Of a DNA stretch of 64,000 nucleotides, positions 26,984-37,993 are shown one piece after another; position 1 is the stretch's first letter, and each line of letters starts with the position of its first letter. Origin of the DNA: Lytechinus pictus (Eukaryota); NCBI RefSeq assembly GCF_037042905.1, contig NC_087245.1, positions 9,054,001 through 9,118,000 on the forward strand, given 5' to 3'. A model generated the notes under the pieces. That model ran no database searches. It was given only the letters and a program-made list of their open reading frames with translations, and was not told where the DNA came from. The position numbers and the translations under genes are program-made.

Positions 26984-29387
26984 GTAACCTTCTAATCCTA
27001 CTTGTACTTCTACACACTGTACGGGGAACGGACAGAAAGTACAGTATAAATTCTAATCACATACCATTCTGATCTCTAATTATCACAGTAAAAGGAAACA
27101 TCCCAAAATTATAATTCCTGCAAACTTGGTTATGTGTCTAATTGGTTCACAGACTCTCAATTAAAAGAATTGCGATATATATATAAATCACTCTCATATT
27201 GAGATTGATGGAATTTTCTGTTCCATAAGTGCATAATTTGAGAGCAATCTTATTTTATGTTTGATTTGATTTGAAACGATCGCAATCCCTTTCAAGACGG
27301 GTTCCAAATCTTTATTTCAGATCCATAATCATAGTACCCCCCCTCTCTCTCTCTCCCCCATTCTCCCTTCTCATTATTAACACTTCCATGAACAACAGCG
27401 ATTGCATTTTTTTCTATATTAATTTTTTTAAATTAATGTAATGTACATAATCGAAAAATTCAACTTATTTTTATCAATTTAATTCAATTTTACATAATTA
27501 CATATTGTAGTGATAGTTAATATATCGAATAAAATCACATAATTTACACATGTGTCTAGCATTAAACGATAGAGAAAAACGAGAAATTATGAATACAAAA
27601 ACGATTAGTGTCAAAATATATTCTAAAAGTGGTTCAGCAAAATATGCATGACATGCGTGGATAAGAAATAAGGATATATTTGCCCATATTTTTAATTTGC
27701 GGCCAAAAATAGGGGGAACAAACAAACAAAACCGTACAAATTCAACACAAGTCACACATGATTATGCCACATAGCTAAGTAGGATTAATGAAATTCATTA
27801 TGTTCATGTGCCAGAGTACGATAATTGCATTTTTCACTAACAATTGCCGAATTATTACACACATGCAGTGCTTTCTTGAAACTGCATGTTTATACCTTTC
27901 AAAAAAATCTTATCGTCCAAATCACTTCCGAGACTTGTAAGATCCATATACATACTCATGATCATAGAGTTGAAAGAGAACGTGTAACGGGTAGCTTAAA
28001 GGTGACACGAATATTATCTCCGTATATATTTAATGTTTCAATACTTTACAAACTGTTTTAGAAAAATTACTGACACAATATGTCAACCATGTAGGATGAA
28101 GACGGAAGAATAATATAGCTACAAATAAAAAAAAAAAGGGTTCCTCATTTTTTTAATTTAACAAATAAAAAAGGGGTCCTCCGATCTGAAAAAAGGAACA
28201 TTTCCCGAGCAGAACTCTGAAAAATTCATCAAAATCTGATATTTTTATGAAAACAGTTCTATGCACGCCGTCAAGATTATTCATTAGATTGACTGATGGC
28301 ATCATGTCCCCACTTCACTCTTTGTTATGTTATTATATGAGATCGTAATTAATTCGTATTTCCTTACGTGTGTATAAGATATGTCTCCCTTGAGTTTTTG
28401 CAAAGATAAGTCACCGCTACATTATTTTACAAGTCAAATCAGTTGTCAATCCAATATTTTTTCATCTTGGTGGATAAAATTTGACTAAATACAATTTCAT
28501 ATAACAAAATAATAAGAATAAGTAAGAATAGGGCATCATTAGCTTTCTCATTGCATATTCACGAAGACTTGCATAAAAATATTTCACCGAAATAAAGTCC
28601 GATTTTAAAATGGCAAAACTTTGTTATTTCTTGTCTGATTTTAATAATACTTTAAGTATTTCGTTTGTCTGATTTTACTTTATCTGTTCAAATCACTGGC
28701 TTACAAATGAGTGGGCTTGGGGCGTTTGCCCCCCAAAAATATGACCAAAAAAAAAAAGAAAATGAAAAAAAAAGAAAAAAGAGAAGTGTGAAATATGATA
28801 TTTTTTAAATATTATGTCAAAATATATCACAAAATTAGATTTTTGTAATAAAATTTCGAAAATTTGGCTCGCTCGCTGTTAACTTTTCATATATTTTAAC
28901 GGATACGCCATATCTGACCCCTTCAACATTTTTTGGCTCATCATACCACTGGTTCAAATCACCTTTTTTTGCTTCGAGTACCCCTTTAAACCACTGATCG
29001 TTTGCTGTTTAGATATTCCCTTTTTTAGTTATGTATAAATGTAAATTAAATAAATGTTTTTTCATCATAACAAATGCTATTTCATTTTTGTTATTACCTG
29101 GTATCCTTAGGTCTTCAACACGCCCTTGGGTTACTGTTTTATGTTATGCCTGGTGTCCCTCGTGCAAGGAATGACAGCTTTTGGTTTCGTCTACATCAGT
29201 CTATCCACCATAGAGAAACGTTTCTTCCTCAACAGCGTGCAGAGTGGTAGCATATCAAGTGCTTATGATTTTTCGTCGCTTATTGTGGCGGTTATCGTTA
29301 GTTATATGGGTGAGAGGGGACATCGTCCACTATGGGTTGGATTTGGCTCCATGCTCTTTTGCGCAGGTAAGATTGAATGGAATATAC

Positions 29388-29445
<58 letters not shown>

Positions 29446-32400
29446 TATGCAATATGCACGATATATATATATGTATATATATATATACATATATAATATA
29501 TATCATGCCTTTCACGTCATTCTATAGATGTAAGGCGCAGTTGTGGCGCCTTTTGTGGTAAAGAGAAGGCGTCATGTTTAAACACGAGTCTCGGGCGTGA
29601 TTTATTGATGATATTCCAGTTATCCCAACGTAATAGTATTAATAAAAACTTTCGAAGTTCTGAAATATTGCTTTTTATCAGGTCAAAGATAATAATGCAT
29701 TGACCCTCAAGAAAAGTTCAAAGAATTGTGCATTGTTTGGATGAAAGTGTGATACACTATGTATTATTCATATAGAGTTTATACCTCTTCTCTATGCAAC
29801 CCTATTATTATTAAACAAAAATTGTCTCTGCAGCACAACAGAAAGGAATGAAAATATACTTTACATTATTAATTACATCAAAATGTAGGCATACATTATG
29901 AAATAAAATATACTTCATTGATATCACATGGCTTGCTTAAACGTATCATTTTTATTAGCATGATTAGGGACTATATATTCTTCTTCTTTCAAAATCAAAT
30001 ATTTTTCTTTCTGTTAGATCTATTTGATATTGTTAGTTGTTGCAGGATAACATAATAATTTCCTTTTATTTTCTATCATCTTCTATTATGTGTTTCAACT
30101 ATATATGTAGTGCCTAAAGGCCTCCGCAACCAGTACGTCTATAAGTTGTGCAGAGAGTATGTCCTTAACTGTTCTTAACTTGAGTAAGATAACAATATTC
30201 ACTTCGACTTCAAACAAGTTGGACCCGTTGCTTGAACCGAAACTGTTTTCATTCTCTCGTCCCACATTCGCATCTAATTTTGTACAAGCTTTCCATTTCT
30301 ATCTTTAATACCTCATGTCAACCAAGTGGGATTTGAATTTGCCTAAATGATGCTGAAGGTCTCGGTCCAGTAACACAAAGGAACACAAAGCTTTTTAATG
30401 GCAGTGATCGTCGAACATTTTTCTACGATTGATTGTATTGACTACAATGTACAATCAATCGTAAAAATCAAGCATACGATTAATAGCTTACCTTTATGTT
30501 ACAGGCTACTGGACACAAAATACAGTAAGCAAATCAAACATAATGACACTGTAATAACTTTCCAATTACGTACAGGGTCTATCACCTTTGCAATCCCTCA
30601 CTTCGTCACCCCGAATTACGTCTATCAAGAAGTCGACTCAGACTATTGTGGTCTACCAAACGAGACACTCAGCTGTGATGACCATGGTTATGAAGGTGAC
30701 GACACCGATTTTGAAGACACTCCTTTATCAAAGTACTACTGGTTCTTCATTATTGCCCAGGTAATCCTCATAATCTGAAGAATTTTGGGAATATTATCGA
30801 CGCCAGATGTATCATGGTATATTAGCGGGATTTAATCTTTCTTTTCGCGACGCTACATGATGAAACATTTATGATATCAATTAATCTTCTAATTTCATGA
30901 TATACACCTTATACGATTGCCATATATTTATAATATATCCAAGTGAAAGATTCTTTGCTGTATAGAAGACCCTACACGAAATTCAGCGCCAAATTTTCGT
31001 TAAAGATGAATCGGAAATTACAACTAATTTCGCATGTTGTATCAATATCAATACGATAAGCGCTTTCTACTAAAGATATGGATATTTATGAGGTTCGCAA
31101 CCAAAAGACCTCCCTCAAAAGCATAAGTTCCATTAACAATTACAGTAGTTTCGAAAGGCCCAACCCCATATATATAAATATAAATATTGTCTTTTTTTCC
31201 CCCTAAAAACCAGGTATTGCATGGTATCGGAGCTGCTTCTCTTTACACACTTGGGGTTGCATACGTCGATGAAAATGTTCCTCCTCGACAATTTGGCATT
31301 TTCATGGGTAAGAAGGTTTATTGTTGTTGCTGTTGTTGTTGCTGTTGTTTAATATTTCAATGCAATCACGGAGCTTCACTACATTTTTTTTTATTGCTAA
31401 GCGAAATCTCGAAAAGGGGACAATAACGTACAAATGTTAAATGCTATCATTTATTCATCATCTTGATCTGTGTATACAGTATTTGCATTATCATAAAGCA
31501 TATCGTGTGATATAAACTGAATCAAAAACTAGATTTATGTTTAGCTTGGTAAAATGATACTCGATTTTACGATTTTTATATAAAATGAAATATAAACGTA
31601 TTATCTTCAATCGCTGATAACCATGTAGGGCCTATTTGTCGACGCAATCATTTGAAAGATGAGGACACTCAATTAATGTTCAATGGAACCAGTTCCTTTA
31701 AATTATCAAAATTATGGGTAAGATCACATCGGGAAAGCTCGCAGACAAGGACGTGTAAAAAATGATTGCAAGGTCCAGATCTAGCCTACACTTCACCTAA
31801 ACAATACTTGAGCAATACATTGGCAATGAGGGTAACATTGGAATTTGTAAGTAACTTCTTGTAGTTAAGAAATGCGTTATGCGGTGAATTGAGATGCAAT
31901 TTCAATGAGAGATTACATAATATTTTTGCAGGTATCTACAATGCGGTCACAGTGGCGGGGCCTTCACTTGGTTACATCATTGGGGGAGCATTCCTGAATA
32001 TCTATACTGACCTAAACGTTGATAAAAACAGGTAGGATTGTCTTGTGAATACTGCGCTTGAACGCCTCAAAGAGGCTATAGACGTGCAGGTCATTCATGC
32101 AATCGCTGCCGCTATATACTTCTTTTAGTTAGCATGTTTTTGCTTAGCTGTTTCTTAAATGCAGTATAGCATTTTCAAGATCACGTGACTTCTTTTTAAT
32201 TGCATCTACTATGAATAATATTTCACCCCCTCCCCCTATATTTGTAAGGCCCTGGAGGTATCTTTTCTCCAGTGTTTCAATTAAAAAATAATAATTGCAA
32301 TTTATTGTATATGTGATAATTCGTGCACCATATTGGTGCATTGCCTTTGCAACCGATATGTACACAATATTTACGAAAACGGGAGTCGATTTTTACATAT

Positions 32401-35400
32401 TTATATTTCCTTTCTTCCTTCTATTCACACTTTTCTTTAAAAAAAATTATCATAAAAATCTTATAGTCCCTATAAAAATCAGTGTTCCAGAAGGTTAATC
32501 AAAATGTTTTGAGTCCATTCGGAACCCGGGGCTTAAAACTAATGCCGACAACATAAATTTACGTTACATTGTGTAACTTTAGGAATGACATACTTTGATG
32601 TTCTACTGGTATACCTTTCTGCATGCCAACCTCAGCAACTATGTTCTCGCCAATACAAGGATTTGTTTCAATCGCAAAGTGGGAGTAACTGATCAAGAAC
32701 ATTGTAGCATGGGAATTTTGTTCAGAATAGGCCTAACCATAAACCAATGGGAACCGTTTCATTATCTTCTTCGAATGAGCGTTTGCTTCGGGTTCCAGGA
32801 GCCCGCAACATGAGTAGACCTTGCTCGCCATTTTAAAATTTATGATTCTCATTTCATTCCATTAGTCTTACTGTCGATGTAACCAGTCCTCTCTGGGTAG
32901 GTGCCTGGTGGATTGGCTTCATAATGAATGGGATTCTTCTCTTCGTGTTTACATTCATCTACATGGGATTCCCAAAGGCTCTACCAGGTAAATTGAGTTG
33001 ATGATGGTCATGGTGGTCATGGAGGTGGTGATGGTGATGGTGGAGGAGGTGATGATGATGATAATGATGTTGATAATGATGATGATAATGGTGATGATGA
33101 TGATGATGGTGGTGGTAGTGGTAGTGGTGGAAGTGATGGTGAGGATGATGAACATGCACTGTTTATTATAATAGGTGTGATGATAGTGATGATGATTATG
33201 ATGATGACGATGATAATGATGAATTCATGTAGACCATAACCATTAACATTGATCAAAATTATGAATTATACCATGGAACAATCCGACCATGTATGGATTT
33301 TTGTATTCCATCCTCATTTGCTAGCTTCAATTTTATGCTTAGTTCTTACTGCCGAACTGATCACCTCGGTCAAGCTCGATTAAGATATTTTCGGCCTGAT
33401 CTGTCTAGCTCTGCAAGGAATCGAGATCAGTCTACCAAATAGTCGTCGCCGCGCTGTCATGATCGCCGTTGCTCAAGCTCTCTACTTGAATTTGTTGACC
33501 AGGTCCAGAATATTTGAATACACAACCCGAGAGTTGTCAATCACTCCAATTAAGGTAGATCACTCACAAAGATCACATTACGGATCTAGACCAATTAGGA
33601 TGAGAATACCTTGATGGGACTTGATCGTGTACGGAAGTATATGAACCAAGCATCATACACTTCTACTATTTGATTGTAGTTACTGATTTTTTATTTGATG
33701 AAATAAAGTGTTCACATATTTTTGTATCTCAAGAATTCCATTTTTTTTTCCAGGGCGAGATAAAGTGATGGCAGAACGACGAATAGAGACCCAGAAAGGT
33801 CAAGATTTCAAAACCGAGAAAGGGGCACTTAACAAACTCAGAGCATTACCACGTGCTATCATCAGCCTCTGTACCAACCTTCCTTTTATGTTCTTGAATG
33901 TTGGTTCCGTCCCGGCGTTCTTCCTTGTGGCTGGTCTTGCCGTCTTCGGACCCAAGTATCTGGAGTCCCAACTAGCTATGACACCAAGTGAAGCTGCTTA
34001 TGCTATGGGTAAGCCCAGATTGCTACTTTCATGGCCTTTGGTGCCCCCTTTAATTAAGGCTTATATTCTATTCTTGTCTGCCTACATGGTTTTATTGGAT
34101 AATATCATTTTGATAATATCAAGCTATGTTTCATTTGTGGACAACAAAAATGAAATCCTCTCTCGATTCGTCAATTATTCTTTCAGGTGTCATTGCGGTC
34201 ATTGGAGGCATCACTGGCGCCCTCATCGGCGGAATATTGATCAATCGGTTGGATCTGAAGTTTCCTGGTTTGATGAAGCAGAGCATGATCGCTACCTACA
34301 CAGCGATCTTAGCATGCGGTATTTTCTTTGCTGTCTGCCCAACAGTCGATTTCTCTGGAGTCACCGTCAAATATAAAAGCAGGTATGGCATGAAAAGTGT
34401 CATTCAAATTGAATAATTGGATTCCTGCTAAACCTCTTTGAGACTTCTATGTCCATTCAATTCAATTCAATTCAATTCAATTCATTTATTTGACATCCTT
34501 TAAAAACATATGTACAAGTATACAACAACAAAGGAGTAAAAGAATTTAAATCACAGTATAAGCGATAAAAAATTGTCAAAATATAAAAGAAATGAAAATA
34601 AAATGTAGCGGATGTAGGAAGTCAGAAAGGCCATTGACCTGTAAAAGCCGACTCCCTTGATTACTACATTATGGTACGATTAAAAACACAAATAGAATAG
34701 TGGCCAAAAAACAAACAAACAAAACAGACACGAACACATCGAAATAACCCCCCCCCCCCCCTCATATAGGCAGTTGGAATTATTAACTATAAGTAGACAG
34801 TTGGTTTTGTTTCAATCTACGTTTCAATGATGAGAATGTAACAGATAATTTTAAAGTATCGGGTAAATTATTCCACAAGTTTGGTCCTTTATAACGAATT
34901 GTAGATTTAGAAAGCGTATAACGAAAGAACGGTATATATAATTTGTTTGAATTTCTCGTTACATAATTATTTATACTGCTATTAAATATAAAATAAGTAT
35001 TAAAACAAGATGGAAAATAGAATTTAAATTGAAATATTTGTACATAAATAAAATAATTTGCGATTCATAAAGTTCATTTAGCTTTAAAAGTCTTAGCTTA
35101 TATGTAAATTGGGCAAAACAGATTATTGATGGTCCTGCTTGGCCTGAACTAGAATGGTTTGTCCTTGTTATTGAGGCGTATGTGAGCAAATCTTTTAAAA
35201 CTTTAATTCCTGATTAAAGCTCGGGAAAATGACTAGATTCATTTTTTTCTGATGTAGGAAAATGTCAATAAATCGCACTTATGTTATGACATTACTATGA
35301 TTCTTAACCGATCAATCTTATCCAAGCCATCAGAAATCTTTTTTATTTCCATTTTCTTGACTCGTTTCATTAGCGGTCATTCAAGATTTCAGAATGTTCA

Positions 35401-37993
35401 TGCAATTTCAAATACATTGTTGTTTGTTTTGTTTTCAAAGAAAGTGCAAGCATCGTTACCAGGAATGCGTACACCATTTCCATAAATTTGATTATATGAT
35501 AAAATAGCACTGTCTGCTGTCGGACACAAGTGCCGTAGCTAGGAATCGAACCCCGCACTTTCATGTGTCTAGTTAGGGACCATCAGGACCACTCTGCAAC
35601 GGTACCTCCACAATTAGTTGGTTTGGGGATCGATAGTGAATTCGTTGTCCGGTGGAAGTCAGACTATACATCTTTTTCTAGATTTCCACCTCTTTTCATC
35701 TTTTTCAGCGAACCACATGACGGGCAGTTTGAGTTGAACTCTACATGCAACTCACGTTGTTCGTGTTCTAACAGCTATGATCCTGTATGTGGGAGCGATG
35801 GGATCATGTATTACTCGGCCTGCCATGCGGGTTGTGAAGTCGAATTCTTGACCAGCGGTGAAGTGGTAATTTACTTTTCTTAAAGAATAATCAAATGACG
35901 GTTCCTTCAGCATGCCAGCTCATCGTTTTGATTAATTTCATCTATTTCATCTATAGGTGGTCATTCACTGTGTTTAAATTCAATCTTATACCACTCTACA
36001 TGTTATTGTTTAAGTTCGTAATCTTTGCTTGGTTTCATGAATTTGAGCAACAGCGAGATTACACCTTTCCATCCATTCAACTTTGTCGTTAAAGAAATGT
36101 TACATTAACCAAATTGATGATTTGTAGAACCGCTAATTTAGTGTGTCTTCTGATGAGCTATGTAGAATAGCTATTTTATGCCAGATTATTTTATTGTAAA
36201 ACAAGCATTCCGTCCTGATCCTGATCGGGACACTCTGAAGATCCAGTCTACTCTTCTAACTAATAATAATTCATGATGATTGAGATAATATGACTCCAAT
36301 CTGTCATAGGTATGACTCAATATTATTTACTAGTCTCACAGATTCATAAATAAGACACATTCATAATCATTTACCCTGGGTCTTCATTTACTCCAAGACA
36401 TTACTTCCTCATGTTTATAGACTGTCATTTATTATGGCAATGGTACATCCATATTAATGTCTTTACATTTCACATTTTTATCAGGTAATATCTAATGTAA
36501 ATGAATTGAATGCATTTAACTCAACCTCTGATACAACTTTGTATTTCACTTAGCTATTACACGAGTGCAAATGCGTCCATGACTCAGACTTACCTAGCGA
36601 CTTTGGTACAGTGAATTTTGGTACCTGCTCGACATCCTGCCCTTATAAATGGCTCTATTTTGTTGGTTTAAGTGTCATTGTCATGCTTGGAGCTGTGTCG
36701 GGTGTGTCAGGGTGGACTGCAACCATCAGGTAATTTAGCTTTAATATCAATAAATCAGTCCTAGGAAAACAATATATCCCCCCCCTCCAAAAAAAGAACA
36801 AGTTGACAAAATGAGCACATGGTACAGAGTAATATAAAATATATTGGATTTTTCTTACAAGGAAATAATCCATTTCTCTACCGCTTATACAAATTATAGA
36901 TCATTTTGGGGAAGGCCAATTATTCAACGCTAATATATTTACCCTCCTTGAATCAGACACCACCGGGAACATTTTATTTATTCTAGAGAGGGCACAGGAA
37001 TAGCGGGAATGTTGGGATTCCTATTAAGGGATCCAAGCTCCCATGCAGTCTCTTTGAACAACCCTTTACGTGATTGTACGTGATAGTACTACTGCATTGC
37101 TCGTTTCAGAAAGATTATAATGACATTTACTGACGAGCCCATCCTTTTTTAATGAATATTTTCTAATCGTAAATCGAATACTGAGGTAAATGTAAACCAT
37201 CACCTTCAACGGGGTAGTAAGGAAACTATGGTTGGTGTATGCTTTGAATAATCAGTACGTGTTTTTTATTATTATTTATTTATTAGATGCGTGCCTCACA
37301 GTCAGAGGGCGTTTGCCATGGGCATCCAGACTTTGATCTACGGGTTGCTAGGTAAGAACCTATATATTGCTTATGAGGTATCCGACAACACCAGTTCAAA
37401 GTGGAACTTGGAATCCTTACGTGCGTGCTCATCGTAGCAACCAAATAAGAAGACGAACTTGTCTGTATCTGCGTCATTGGTGAACCTGTTTTATGAAACA
37501 CTACACACCCTTCTTCTCTTGTGGGTGTTCATGATTCCCCAAAATATAGAGTAAGGATAGGAAAAAATACTCGGCCACGGGTTACGCTGGTTTTAACCCT
37601 ACATCCCCTATTATAATTATGAATAACGTTAGAGAACCACTCGACCTCTATGGATAATTCGTAGATAAAAAAAAAATTCCTCACTTATTTGCTTTATTAT
37701 TGTTCTTTTCTTATTCAGGTTCTGTACCTGGTCCCATTATCTTTGGATTACTGCTGGATAATTCGTGTCTCTTATGGGAGTCTAGCTGTGATGGCTCGGC
37801 CAACTGTTGGTTGTATGACAACAAGCTCTCCGCTAGGGGGTTTCTGATCCTCAGTGCCAGTTGTGAATTCATCGCCGCTATATGCCTTACTCTCGCACTA
37901 GTATCATACAAATCCCCAAGCAAACAATCAGAACTTGAGGGCGGGATGAATAAAGAGTTTGCAAGCCAGGATGAATTAGATACTGTTGCGTGA
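26774..37993 (+). CDS. SLCO4A1-like: OATP/SLCO family transporter, SLCO4-like, gene 1 (12 coding exons, about 696 aa)
   Basis: Exons: 26774-26983, 29111-29366, 30576-30760, 31214-31307, 31932-32031, 32866-32987, 33754-34008, 34187-34382, 35709-35865, 36554-36729, 37287-37351, 37719-37993. All introns are GT-AG with consistent phases; total 2091 nt. Motifs: STIEKRF, VSYMG..GHRP, LHGIG..LYTLGVAYVDEN, SPLWVGAWWIGF (OATP signature, SLCO4-type), Kazal-like CNSRCSC...PVCGSDG..YYSACHAGC, PGPIIFG..LD.SCLLW. Exact orthology is not established. Confidence 0.93.
28200..28990. mobile_element. Decayed Kolobok-like MITE carrying a nested hAT MITE
   Basis: Similar to family A and to 46155-46590; ends cccctttaa; left boundary approximate. 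Confidence 0.55.
28694..28951. mobile_element. hAT-type MITE
   Basis: CACTGG...CCACTG termini with perfect 8-bp TSD GTTCAAAT. Confidence 0.85.
29111..29366 (+). CDS. SLCO gene 1 exon 2
   Basis: ttag|VFNTPLGYCF...STIEKRF...GHRPLWVG..FCA G|gtaag; 256 nt. Confidence 0.92.
29388..29502. repeat. (TA)n(TG)n microsatellite
   Basis: Direct reading. Confidence 0.9.
30362..30510. mobile_element. Short palindromic MITE, same family as 54104-54253 in opposite orientation
   Basis: Shared core acgattgattgta..g..tacaatgtacaatcaatcgt..aaatcaagc.tacgat; explains the similar ORF-track peptides at 30398 (+) and 54125 (-). Confidence 0.65.
30576..30760 (+). CDS. SLCO gene 1 exon 3
   Basis: acag|GSITFAIPHF...YYWFFIIAQ|gtaat. 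Confidence 0.9.
31214..31307 (+). CDS. SLCO gene 1 exon 4
   Basis: ccag|VLHGIGAASLYTLGVAYVDEN...FM G|gtaag; 94 nt. Confidence 0.92.
31932..32031 (+). CDS. SLCO gene 1 exon 5
   Basis: gcag|IYNAVTVAGPSLGYIIGGAFLNIYTD...|gtagg; 100 nt; absent from the ORF track. Confidence 0.9.
32866..32987 (+). CDS. SLCO gene 1 exon 6 (OATP signature)
   Basis: ttag|LTVDVTSPLWVGAWWIGFIMNG...GFPKALP G|gtaaa; 122 nt. Confidence 0.92.
33000..33220. repeat. (GAT/GGT)n trinucleotide microsatellite in intron 6 of gene 1
   Basis: Direct reading. Confidence 0.9.
33335..33653. mobile_element. Decayed MITE
   Basis: Imperfect IR atgcttagttc..tact..cg..tgatca / tgatc...cggaagtatatgaaccaagcat. Confidence 0.4.
33754..34008 (+). 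CDS. SLCO gene 1 exon 7
   Basis: ccag|RDKVMAE...LAVFGPKYLESQL..AAYAM G|gtaag; 255 nt. Confidence 0.92.
34187..34382 (+). CDS. SLCO gene 1 exon 8
   Basis: tcag|VIAVIGGITGALIGG...CPTVDFSGVTVKY..|gtatg. Confidence 0.9.
34456..35100 (-). mobile_element. 5'-truncated, frameshifted LINE 3' end in intron 8 of gene 1
   Basis: Minus strand translates to LLKLNELYESQIILFMYKY and IRYKGPNLWNNLP, homologous to the C-terminus of the 988-aa ORF; ends in AATAAA + (TTGAA)n tail. Confidence 0.8.
35520..35606 (-). mobile_element. tRNA-derived SINE head
   Basis: Minus strand reads GCAGAGTGGT...GGGGTTCGATTCCTAGCTACGGCACTTGTGTCC. Confidence 0.55.
35709..35865 (+). CDS. SLCO gene 1 exon 9 (Kazal-like loop)
   Basis: tcag|EPHDGQFELNSTCNSRCSC..YDPVCGSDGIMYYSACHAGC..GEV|gtaat. 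Confidence 0.92.
36554..36729 (+). CDS. SLCO gene 1 exon 10
   Basis: ttag|LLHECKCV...GTCSTSCPYKWLYFVG...TATIR|gtaat; absent from the ORF track. Confidence 0.85.
37287..37351 (+). CDS. SLCO gene 1 exon 11
   Basis: ttag|CVPHSQRAFAMGIQTLIYGLL G|gtaag; 65 nt. Confidence 0.9.
37719..37993 (+). CDS. SLCO gene 1 terminal coding exon 12
   Basis: tcag|SVPGPIIFGLLLDNSCLLWESSCDGSANCWLYDN...DTVA stop. Confidence 0.92.

Noticed and set aside
33708..34416. 222-aa and 96-aa overlapping ORFs suggesting a frameshift or separate genes
   Set aside because: Explained by exons 7 and 8 of gene 1 separated by a 178-nt GT-AG intron
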